From positions 1 to 58,659 of IMG/VR virus record IMGVR_UViG_3300006864_000001: a stretch of DNA of 58,659 nucleotides; one strand, written 5' to 3'. Below are positions 24,510 to 31,652 of the stretch, piece by piece. The notes under the pieces were generated by a model. That model was not told the DNA's origin. It searched no databases and saw only the letters and a program-made list of their open reading frames with translations. The translations under genes and the position numbers were made by a program. Source of the DNA: a virus. Each line of letters begins with the position of its first letter. Position 1 is the stretch's first letter.

Positions 24510-25361
24510 CTAGCTATCCTGCGGATGCCAGTTCAGGTTGGTCCTGCGGTGATAAACCTCCCGTAGCTGAAGAGCGCTCATCTGCTCCAGTTCGATCAAC
24601 GTCGGTTCGCGATACGCCCAGGGAAGGAGTTCACCATTGTCATCGAAGGGGTGCGACAAGCCGTTCGCCATGTCACGCTGGGGCATGACCGATGCAGACC
24701 AACCGCTGTTCTTGCGCCTGAACGCGTCGTGCATCCTGACCTTAGACATCTGCGCGAGCTCGATACTCGTTGGCTCGCGGAACGCCCAGGGAAGGAACTG
24801 ACCGTTGCCGTCACGTGGATTGTCGAGGCCGGTCGTCATGTCACGCGGATCACCGGCTGGCCAGGAACCATTGGGCCCGTCAAGACCGTTCGGGTCTGGA
24901 AGTTCCCGAATCTGACCCACAACCACGCCCTTGACGTTCGAGATCGTTGGCTCCGGCAACCCCGCCTCCAGAACCGCCTTCTTGATGTCGGCCTCGCTCG
25001 CCAGATCCTTTGGTATGATGCCGACGATGAACTCCACTGCAAGCCGCGGATCAGTAGCGAGTTCCATGAGCAACGCGTCGAAGGCGGGCGAACTCGCGAA
25101 CGCGTCTCGAATTTCGTCGGTCTTGTCAAATCGCGCACCGTCAGGCGACTTGGCTCCGTAGGAACGAAGAATGAAATCGCTGATCGCGGCGATGATCTTC
25201 GCGCCGTTCTTGGACTCGGCGATCTGGGCGAGCATCTTGCTCATACCGCCCTCGATTTCGACATCCATCCTAACAAGCTCCATCTTAGACAGATGGAAGT
25301 AATGCGTCTCAGTCTTCGGCTCATCGTTGAAGTCGGTGAAGCTGATAGTCTTCTTGATCAT
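24510..25361 (-). CDS. Hypothetical protein with a C-terminal tandem ~45-aa repeat
   Basis: 283 aa with an AAGGAA RBS. Repeats: GLDNPRDGNGQFLPWAFREPTSIELAQMS / GLSHPFDDNGELLPWAYREPTLIELEQMS. Confidence 0.65.
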   Translation of the reverse strand: MIKKTISFTDFNDEPKTETHYFHLSKMELVRMDVEIEGGMSKMLAQIAESKNGAKIIAAISDFILRSYGAKSPDGARFDKTDEIRDAFASSPAFDALLMELATDPRLAVEFIVGIIPKDLASEADIKKAVLEAGLPEPTISNVKGVVVGQIRELPDPNGLDGPNGSWPAGDPRDMTTGLDNPRDGNGQFLPWAFREPTSIELAQMSKVRMHDAFRRKNSGWSASVMPQRDMANGLSHPFDDNGELLPWAYREPTLIELEQMSALQLREVYHRRTNLNWHPQDS

Positions 25362-25364
25362 TGT

Positions 25365-25811
25365 TCACATTTCCTTGCTGATGGTGACGGTGTTGAGTCG
25401 CTTGTAGATATTGAGATGGATCTCGTCGGTCTCTCCGTCAAACGAAACTTCCCAGAGAATTCCTCGAGCGACGGAAGATGTACAGATGGCCTGCCAATCA
25501 TCGCTCGTACGCGTGAACCAGAGGATGTCCACCGCACTGGGCAGTAGCGACGGGAGACGACTCTTGTCGCGGTGCTGGTTGTAGTTGTCGCATACGACTT
25601 CTTTGGCCCGGGTCAAGAACTTGTCCGGGTCGTGTCCCTTGCGGATCCTCACCGGAGGCTTCTTAAGCGAAGTCTTCGACTTGGCGGTCACCCTGGCCGC
25701 TTTACGAATCGAATCCTCCGGTGCCGGCGACATGCCCGGCTCGGCAAACGCGATCTGGCTTCCTTCCCCGACGTGCACGACGCCGTTGGGGATCTGAATC
25801 TGCTCGGTCAC
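25365..25811 (-). CDS. Hypothetical protein, paralogue of 15851..16132
   Basis: ORF 25365..26003; start at GTG (VTEQIQIPNG), preceded by AAGGAG. Confidence 0.6.
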   Translation of the reverse strand: MTEQIQIPNGVVHVGEGSQIAFAEPGMSPAPEDSIRKAARVTAKSKTSLKKPPVRIRKGHDPDKFLTRAKEVVCDNYNQHRDKSRLPSLLPSAVDILWFTRTSDDWQAICTSSVARGILWEVSFDGETDEIHLNIYKRLNTVTISKEM

Positions 25812-25897
25812 GTAAATCTCCTTGCTGAAAATATGAGACCTCGAGTTTTGGTTATTATCTCGGGGTCTCACAAGCCGATCTGGCTGATGGGTGTTAC

Positions 25898-26248
25898 TTA
25901 GCGGGGCTTGGAAACGAATCGCTTCAGGTCCTTCGGGACGCGGAAGGCAGCGTTTAGTATGGCGATGGCAGCGACTGCGCCAAGGACCACACCAGCGCCA
26001 CATGCCGCGGCTACGATGACCGTGTTAGTGACTTTCCTGGGCTTGGCCATGGGTGGCTCCTTATCAGGTGGATTGGGGTTCATTATACCCCTTGTAATTC
26101 TCGCGAGTTCGCGCCGAAGCTTTGCATGCTGCGTCTTTGGGAGGGGCTTTCCAGTGAACCGCAAATATGCACGTCCGACAATCCGCGTGATGATGTACGG
26201 CCAGATTAGCCAGAATATGAATGCCCCAACGGTCGGGAACAGCTTCAC
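25898..26248 (-). CDS. Membrane protein (two TM segments); start uncertain
   Basis: Only the 3' third of ORF 25898..26707 looks coding (FPTVGAFIFWLIWPYII..., VIVAAACGAGVVLGAVAAIAIL). An alternative start is MAKPRK at 26050, which has an AAGGAG RBS. Confidence 0.4.
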   Translation of the reverse strand: MKLFPTVGAFIFWLIWPYIITRIVGRAYLRFTGKPLPKTQHAKLRRELARITRGIMNPNPPDKEPPMAKPRKVTNTVIVAAACGAGVVLGAVAAIAILNAAFRVPKDLKRFVSKPR

Positions 26249-26255
26249 AATCCAG

Positions 26256-27071
26256 CTAGAGCTTGGAGTACGCCTCGATTGGAAGACCAGCGTATCCCAC
26301 AGCCAGACACGGGCGGTTGTCTGCAGAGATGTGGCTCGAGAAGACAATCTGGACCGTATGCTCGATGTTGAATCCAAGTGCATCGCCGAGAGTTGTCGAA
26401 TCCAGCCCCAGAAGTCTCCAGAACTCGTTGAGGGAAGCATACAGGTCCTGAAATATGCTCGCGTTGATGTCATTCGCGCAACGCCGGATCGTCTCTGCGT
26501 CACTTTTGAAATACCGACCTGACAACGTCTCGTAGCATAGTTGATCACCCCCGCTGGTGATGATGACCTGCGAGTCCTTGACCGGATTCTCCTCGATGTG
26601 CCTCTGCACCACCGCATCGTGGACCTTCCCCGCTTTGGTGACGCCGATCTGCTTGACGACCTCGTCCTTGTATTCCCGGAAAGCTGTGTCGGCGAGGGTA
26701 TAGGCACCCAGCAGTGCCGCGTTGCGCCTCAAGCCGATCTGGTTCGCGCCGATGATGCAAGCGATGGTTGCTGTGCCGGAGATTGCGGCTGGCAAATATA
26801 GCTTCCAGGTTGCCTGTACGATCTCCTTACTCGTTAGAGGAACATAATCGTCGACAGGGATGCCTTTTGTATGTGCATCTGCCTGAGCTTCAGTCCAGAC
26901 GTTCTTCGAGATCTCTGCTTCGCTGACGGAAACCGTAGCCTTCGGAGTCGCCTTGACCGCTAGGACAACAGTACCGACAACACCGGCCACGGCCATTCCT
27001 GAGAGAATCGTCGGCGAATTCATGCCGATCGAACGCGCGATTCGACGCGCTAGTATTGGAATTTGCATCAT
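26256..27071 (-). CDS. Membrane-anchored protein (DUF6353-like), paralogue of 22083..22955
   Basis: ORF 26256..27191; start at MMQIPILARR (GGAGAA RBS). Confidence 0.6.
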   Translation of the reverse strand: MMQIPILARRIARSIGMNSPTILSGMAVAGVVGTVVLAVKATPKATVSVSEAEISKNVWTEAQADAHTKGIPVDDYVPLTSKEIVQATWKLYLPAAISGTATIACIIGANQIGLRRNAALLGAYTLADTAFREYKDEVVKQIGVTKAGKVHDAVVQRHIEENPVKDSQVIITSGGDQLCYETLSGRYFKSDAETIRRCANDINASIFQDLYASLNEFWRLLGLDSTTLGDALGFNIEHTVQIVFSSHISADNRPCLAVGYAGLPIEAYSKL

Positions 27072-27175
27072 TTCTCCATGAATTTGACTAGCTTGTCGAA
27101 CTTGGAAATCGCTTCCCAGAACCTGTCGGCGTCGTGGTCTGCTACTTCGACGTCCATCTCGACTGAGAATTTCAT
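27068..27175 (-). CDS. Tiny acidic protein (35 aa)
   Basis: Read by eye: MKFSVEMDVEVADHDADRFWEAISKFDKLVKFMEK; overlap-coupled at both ends. Confidence 0.3.
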   Translation of the reverse strand: MKFSVEMDVEVADHDADRFWEAISKFDKLVKFMEK

Positions 27176-27312
27176 GACACTTCGTACCCATCCCAGTCGA
27201 TGAGACCGTTCAGGTACGCCTCGGATAGCGCGTAGCAGCCAAAATGCTCGTCGACATTTTCGCGGTTGGTTCGAAGGGCGGCGAGGCTGTCTTCATTCAT
27301 GGCGATGTACAT
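27172..27312 (-). CDS. Small protein (46 aa)
   Basis: Read by eye: MYIAMNEDSLAALRTNRENVDEHFGCYALSEAYLNGLIDWDGYEVS, with a GAAGGAG RBS. Confidence 0.4.
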   Translation of the reverse strand: MYIAMNEDSLAALRTNRENVDEHFGCYALSEAYLNGLIDWDGYEVS

Positions 27313-27364
27313 AATTGCTCCTTCATGAAACTATGAGCCCTTGTTTAAGGGCTCTGATAGCTTG

Positions 27365-27553
27365 TTACTCGTTCTCGTTCTCGGGTGCGATGGACTGCTT
27401 GACGTGGTTGTGGATGCGGTCGATGAGGACGCTCGCGACTCCGGCCAGCACGATAGACACGACTGTTGCGGTAACAGCAGCTGTGACTTCGCGCTTGCGG
27501 GAGTTGGCGGGGATTTCCTCGACGACGGTTCCTTCAACGGTATCTTCGGGCAT
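27365..27553 (-). CDS. Small membrane protein
   Basis: 62 aa with an AGGAGAG RBS, about 40 nt downstream of promoter-motif copy A; TM helix AAVTATVVSIVLAGVASVLI. Confidence 0.55.
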   Translation of the reverse strand: MPEDTVEGTVVEEIPANSRKREVTAAVTATVVSIVLAGVASVLIDRIHNHVKQSIAPENENE

Positions 27554-27583
27554 GTGAATCTCTCCTAAAATACGGTGACGGGT

Positions 27584-27612
27584 TTCATTATAGGCCGTGT
27601 AAAAGCTGCGAG
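27584..27612 (-). promoter_or_regulatory. Conserved promoter-like motif, copy A
   Basis: Minus strand CTCGCAGCTTTTACACGGCCTATAATGAAACCC, followed by an RBS and ATG. Confidence 0.6.
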
Positions 27613-27613
27613 G

Positions 27614-27775
27614 CTAGATGGGCTTGGTCTCCTTCAGCTTCTCGGTGAACTGCTGAATGGACGGCGTTACGGCCTTGGCGACAGCGGCGCACACGAGCCT
27701 GGTCGCGTAGATCGAAACTACGACCTTGATTACAGTCTTCGCTTTGATTGTGATGATTATCTTTTCTGTGTACAC
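27614..27775 (-). CDS. Possible small protein (53 aa) downstream of copies B and C
   Basis: Read by eye: (V)YTEKIIITIKAKTVIKVVVSIYATRLVCAAV...; weak RBS. Confidence 0.25.
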   Translation of the reverse strand: MYTEKIIITIKAKTVIKVVVSIYATRLVCAAVAKAVTPSIQQFTEKLKETKPI

Positions 27776-27887
27776 GACGTTACTCACTTTCTAGAAGTTA
27801 AAATAAGAAGCCAAGTCGTGAACTTGGGTGCATCTTCGTACTCCTCATGGGAGTCCAGTCGTGAGCTGGAATGCGGCTATGTACTTC

Positions 27888-27916
27888 TTCATTATAAGCC
27901 GTGTAAAAGCTGCGAG
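27888..27916 (-). promoter_or_regulatory. Conserved promoter-like motif, copy B
   Basis: Minus strand CTCGCAGCTTTTACACGGCTTATAATGAAGAAG. Confidence 0.55.
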
Positions 27917-27999
27917 CTTATAATGAAACCCACATAATCGTTAACTCCTCTAAAGAGGTGATCGACCTTCCCTAAAGGGATGATCGCGATTATATGGGC

Positions 28000-28028
28000 T
28001 TCATTATAGGCCGTGTAAAAGCTGCGAG
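28000..28028 (-). promoter_or_regulatory. Conserved promoter-like motif, copy C
   Basis: Minus strand CTCGCAGCTTTTACACGGCCTATAATGAAGCCC; abuts the stop of 28030..28407. Confidence 0.55.
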
Positions 28029-28029
28029 C

Positions 28030-28407
28030 TTATTCTGATACTACAGCCTTACCCAACTTCTTGAAAATGCGGCCTTTTACGTCAGGAAGTTTTCCAGCCA
28101 AATTTTCTGAAATTCTAGCTGGAGAAACTTTTAGTTCACGTGCGGCTTGTCCCTGACTAGCGTAAATAATTCCCGTAGTCATGTCCTGAATGATGTTCCC
28201 CGGATCACCCAGAGCTTCCACGAACACTTCAACCGTTTGCTTAGACTTCCAAGTAAGAACCTGAAACTGACGAACATTGGAAAGGGACGTCTTCGGTGCT
28301 ATAAGCAGCGTTACTCCAGCGCATACTGCTCCAGTTATCACGCATGAAATGTAAATTCTCTTGTTTTCGTCGAAGTACTTTTTGATTTTTTCAAGATGTG
28401 TTTTCAT
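28030..28407 (-). CDS. Membrane-anchored protein with a C-terminal NUMOD1-like HTH
   Basis: 125 aa. TM helix IYISCVITGAVCAGVTLLI, then IYASQGQAARELKVSPARISENLAGKLPDVKGRIF, which resembles the NUMOD1 pattern. Confidence 0.55.
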   Translation of the reverse strand: MKTHLEKIKKYFDENKRIYISCVITGAVCAGVTLLIAPKTSLSNVRQFQVLTWKSKQTVEVFVEALGDPGNIIQDMTTGIIYASQGQAARELKVSPARISENLAGKLPDVKGRIFKKLGKAVVSE

Positions 28408-28476
28408 TTTGCCCTCGAGTTCTCTGACTGAAATATGAAAACCTTAAGCCCGTGTTAGGGGCTGTTGGATTAACTG

Positions 28477-28650
28477 CTACTTAGTAATCTTGTTCTTTCG
28501 GTTGCGAAGGGTGCGAATTCCTTCAACACTCCAGTCGTAGCCGAGCTTGCCGATTCCGTAGACGCCATATGATAGGGCGACTCCGGCAGCGACGAGCACG
28601 ACAACTTCTTGAGCGCTGATTTTATTAGCTTGCTCTTCGGTTTCGTCCAT
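28477..28650 (-). CDS. Small membrane protein (57 aa)
   Basis: Read by eye: MDETEEQANKISAQEVVVLVAAGVALSYGVYGIGKLGYDW... AAGGAG RBS about 12 nt after copy D. Replaces the spurious ORF 28470..28763. Confidence 0.5.
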   Translation of the reverse strand: MDETEEQANKISAQEVVVLVAAGVALSYGVYGIGKLGYDWSVEGIRTLRNRKNKITK

Positions 28651-28670
28651 GACGTTCTCCTTAGTAGGGG

Positions 28671-28699
28671 TTCATTATACCCCATGTAAATCCTGCGAG
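28671..28699 (-). promoter_or_regulatory. Conserved promoter-like motif, copy D
   Basis: Minus strand CTCGCAGGATTTACATGGGGTATAATGAACCCC. Confidence 0.6.
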
Positions 28700-28800
28700 A
28701 CAAACTCTTAGACCCCACGTAAAACAGTACCCCGTGTCTGCAATGGAGGGACATAGCAGACACGGGGTACTGGTTCGAGGGCCGCGGTTAGGCGGTGGTG

Positions 28801-29106
28801 TCAGATCTTGATCTTCGGGATGAAACTCAGGCCTTTGGAGGTGATCACGTTGGCCTTCTCAAATCCGAGGATCAGAAGTACGCCGACGATACTGCCGCCC
28901 ACGGAGAGCATCGTGTCTGCGCTCAATCGGTTAGGTGCATCGGTAGCTTCATCAAGCTGCCGAGCCTCGACGAGCACTTTCAAGTTGCTCACCATGGTGG
29001 TGTATTCTTCGGTATCTGGGTTCTGATCGCTCATCAATGAGATGACGCGAGTGATCTCATCTTCGAGATCTGAGGGTGTATCGTTCTTGGATTCGCGATT
29101 AAACAC
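28801..29106 (-). CDS. Membrane protein (C-terminal TM helix)
   Basis: 101 aa, GTG start, with an AAAGGAAAA RBS directly after copy E. Confidence 0.6.
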   Translation of the reverse strand: MFNRESKNDTPSDLEDEITRVISLMSDQNPDTEEYTTMVSNLKVLVEARQLDEATDAPNRLSADTMLSVGGSIVGVLLILGFEKANVITSKGLSFIPKIKI

Positions 29107-29126
29107 GGTTTTCCTTTCGGTTAGCT

Positions 29127-29155
29127 CTCACTATACGCCGTGTTTTTCTCGCGAA
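29127..29155 (-). promoter_or_regulatory. Conserved promoter-like motif, copy E (divergent, TATAGT)
   Basis: Minus strand TTCGCGAGAAAAACACGGCGTATAGTGAGAGC. Confidence 0.5.
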
Positions 29156-29282
29156 TATAAGTCTCTATGCACGGGACACGCTAGATCCCGAATAATCACC
29201 CATTTGCCATTCGCCCAAGTCGCATCGCCACACGTGCAGTTTGCTGGCCTGCTCGGCGGCAAAGTTGTCGGTTCGCTGTCAG

Positions 29283-29609
29283 TCATGAGGGCTTCACCTC
29301 GAGAGTGATAACGCTTTTCCCAGCGATCTCGCTGATTGGCGTCGTAAGCTCCAGACTGTAGAGATCCTTGATCGGGTGACTTTTGTCGACGACGAGATTT
29401 CCATCTGTCACCGGCGAAAAACCCGAACTCGAGATCGCCAGCACGGCGCCCAGAAACGTGTCGAGTGCGCCAATGGACCCGATTACTTGCGTGGTGTCGT
29501 GGAATCCCCAGATAGACGCCACTGTGAAATATAGCGTGCCCAACGCCGGGAGCCAGACCTGCGCGATGCTTTTGAGCACATCGTAAAATGGGCTGCTGAA
29601 TTTGATCAT
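29283..29609 (-). CDS. Holin, Dp-1 family-like
   Basis: 108 aa. FYDVLKSIAQVWLPALGTLYFTVASIWG...GSIGALDTFLGAVL resembles the Dp-1 holin signature. Confidence 0.7.
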   Translation of the reverse strand: MIKFSSPFYDVLKSIAQVWLPALGTLYFTVASIWGFHDTTQVIGSIGALDTFLGAVLAISSSGFSPVTDGNLVVDKSHPIKDLYSLELTTPISEIAGKSVITLEVKPS

Positions 29610-29628
29610 GATTTTCCTTGAATATGAG

Positions 29629-30006
29629 TTATCCGTGACGTAGACTTATCAGCCACGTAATCAACGCTGATACCGCGACGGCAGCGCTGAGCATGATGGC
29701 CACGCGAGACAACGGAGACCATCGTTTTTCTGTCGTATCGCGAAGGGTCGTTCGCTGATTCTCCACTGCTTCTGCGGTGGATTTGCGTTCAGCTTCAACG
29801 GCCATAGCTGTAGTAGCTACGATTCTTTGATTCGAATCGACCGCATCCGTCAAGCGTTGCAAGTCCATTCGAAGACCGACGAGCTCAGCTTTAACCAAAG
29901 TCAATTGACGCGCGACTTCAGCTTGCGAGCCGTTGATTTTCTCGAAGTGATCATCGTGTCCTTGCAGACGCTGATCTTGAATTCCCCGATCATATTCGTC
30001 GCTCAC
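29629..30006 (-). CDS. Coiled-coil protein with a C-terminal TM anchor (lysis-associated candidate)
   Basis: 125 aa, GTG start with an AGAGAGG RBS; C-terminal helix VAIMLSAAVAVSALITWLI. Confidence 0.55.
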   Translation of the reverse strand: MSDEYDRGIQDQRLQGHDDHFEKINGSQAEVARQLTLVKAELVGLRMDLQRLTDAVDSNQRIVATTAMAVEAERKSTAEAVENQRTTLRDTTEKRWSPLSRVAIMLSAAVAVSALITWLISLRHG

Positions 30007-30050
30007 GCACGCCTCTCTAGCAACCTAAAAATGCTCAGTTTGACGACGTT

Positions 30051-30233
30051 TTACTGAGGTTTTCCGGTTACTAGACGAAGGCATTCTGACATAGAAATGA
30101 GCGTAACGTCAGATACTACTTGGCAAATCTTATGATTGTTAAGATTAACCTCGTTCGTGAACTTCAGATCGTTAACGTTGATTTCCCTTATTGTAAACAG
30201 GATCGCAAACGTCGTGAGAATGATTGAAATCAT
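30051..30233 (-). CDS. Small membrane protein; start uncertain
   Basis: 3' part of ORF 30051..30398 (MISIILTTFAILFTI...). Confidence 0.3.
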   Translation of the reverse strand: MISIILTTFAILFTIREINVNDLKFTNEVNLNNHKICQVVSDVTLISMSECLRLVTGKPQ

Positions 30234-30528
30234 CACCAGCGTGATGTAACTTTTCCTTTCCTTCACCAGTGTCCCCGGAGACAGATGGCGGTGAATGCGG
30301 CTGCTCCGGTGGTTGAGAAGATTCCGAGGATTGCCCAGGAACGGACAAGATTGTAGAAATGGCCGACCTGGCCGACGGGAACATGCAACCGAACCCAACG
30401 AATGCGAGATACGGGTTTGGGGTTGCTGCGTACACCTGTTTCCAGATAATCCATGCTCCGAAACCTAGGAGCAGAACGTCTCGAATGCTTTGGCGAATAA
30501 GCGACAGCCATTTGGCCTCTTTTCTCAT
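30172..30528 (-). CDS. Two-TM membrane protein
   Basis: ORF 30172..30648; start at MRKEAKWLSL, directly after the upstream stop. TM segments VLLLGFGAWIIW and YLAFVGFGCMF. The 3' end overlaps the next ORF. Confidence 0.4.
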   Translation of the reverse strand: MRKEAKWLSLIRQSIRDVLLLGFGAWIIWKQVYAATPNPYLAFVGFGCMFPSARSAISTILSVPGQSSESSQPPEQPHSPPSVSGDTGEGKEKLHHAGDDFNHSHDVCDPVYNKGNQR

Positions 30529-30530
30529 TA

Positions 30531-31349
30531 CTAGCTGGTTAGTTTCCACGTACCGCCGGAGCGAACGTATGGCACAGCTAGCTTCCACACCCCTCCCGTA
30601 CGGACGTATGGTACGACTTGTTTCCAGGTCCCGCCGCTTCTTATCCACGCGCCGCCAAACATCTGTATCGTGGCAGTTCCTGATGGATTAGAATATCCCC
30701 CGTTATCAGCGGCGTTGTTTTTAGCTAGGACCTCGAATGTGTAAACTCCTCCGGGGGTAAGATCAGTAAGATTTCGACTCAAGTTCAAGGCGAAACTACT
30801 GGAATATGTACCGGATGTATCTGGACCCTTGTAGATCCTAAGCTGATAGCCCGTAAGTAGGTTTCCCTCATTATTAGGAGACCCAGCCCACGATACAGTC
30901 AAGCTTGTCGGGAGTTCATTTGAGAAGGTGGGCAAACCGGGCGGCGCGGGACGTCTCGGAATTCGAATAAGCGTTAGAACTACGCTTACCGTTTGCTCGC
31001 TTCCGAAATATGCCGTTCCAGTCGAGCCGTAATGCACGTCGAACGTTACGACTTTGTTTCCGTCAAGCCCATGGCTAACGGTAAACGTGTGCTCGATGAA
31101 GGTTAGGGAATCGCCGGGGGCTAGGGCAAATCCGAAATGCGGCCCGGTGAAACTCGCTTCTCCGCCAATGTCGCAAAGGATGTTTTTACTGGAGGAAGTT
31201 GATCCACCACTTCCAACATTCCCGATACGACCCGTAACGGTGACTTGAGAGGTGTTGTCTGGCCAGTTTGAAGACTCCTGGGTGACGATTATCTCAAGAT
31301 TACCACCACTGCTGACAGATATCGTGTGCGAATTCTGGGCTAGTGACAT
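30531..31349 (-). CDS. Minor tail protein with a fibronectin type III domain
   Basis: 272 aa. PPGLPTF..LTVSWAG...GYQLRIY...GGVYTFEVLAKN is an FN3 pattern. The C-terminus carries GGTWKQVVPYVRTGGVWKLAVPYVRSGGTWK repeats. Confidence 0.65.
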   Translation of the reverse strand: MSLAQNSHTISVSSGGNLEIIVTQESSNWPDNTSQVTVTGRIGNVGSGGSTSSSKNILCDIGGEASFTGPHFGFALAPGDSLTFIEHTFTVSHGLDGNKVVTFDVHYGSTGTAYFGSEQTVSVVLTLIRIPRRPAPPGLPTFSNELPTSLTVSWAGSPNNEGNLLTGYQLRIYKGPDTSGTYSSSFALNLSRNLTDLTPGGVYTFEVLAKNNAADNGGYSNPSGTATIQMFGGAWIRSGGTWKQVVPYVRTGGVWKLAVPYVRSGGTWKLTS

Positions 31350-31352
31350 CGG

Positions 31353-31637
31353 CTATAGAATCTTGAAGTAAACGGAGCCGTTGACATTGTTTGCGACACC
31401 GTCAGAAGGCGCCGCCGTCCCGGAATATATGCCTAGCCCCTGTCTTCCTTGGGCCGGCGTTGTGCCTCCGGTGCCACCACGGGTAACTGGCCAGGTAGTG
31501 AGAATCAGCGCTTTAACCTGAGCGACGAAGTCTCTTGTGCGATTTATCTCCTGGCCGCCAAGGCGTACCAGGGCATCATCCCCAGTGTTGGGGACCAGCG
31601 GGTATCCTGCCGCTGCAGCATCATCTCCTACGGCCAC
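31353..31637 (-). CDS. Minor tail protein (small)
   Basis: 94 aa, GTG start with a GAAAGGAA RBS; assigned by position in the tail module. Confidence 0.5.
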   Translation of the reverse strand: MAVGDDAAAAGYPLVPNTGDDALVRLGGQEINRTRDFVAQVKALILTTWPVTRGGTGGTTPAQGRQGLGIYSGTAAPSDGVANNVNGSVYFKIL

Positions 31638-31652
31638 GAATATGATTCCTTT

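Noticed and set aside
25898-26707. 269-aa minus-strand ORF overlapping the DUF6353-like gene 26256..27071
   Set aside because: Its 5' two-thirds are Arg/Ser-rich out-of-frame read-through of a better gene. Only the 3' portion (25898..26248), with two TM segments, was kept.
28470-28763. 97-aa ORF from the track
   Set aside because: It spans promoter-motif copy D and its RBS. The 57-aa frame that starts at the AAGGAG-ATG directly after the motif is the more credible gene.
27584-29155. The repeated 29-nt motif read as a CRISPR array or as mobile-element ends
   Set aside because: The spacing is irregular (about 115 to 640 nt). Every copy has the same orientation and contains TATAAT followed by an RBS and a start codon. 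No cas or transposase genes are present.
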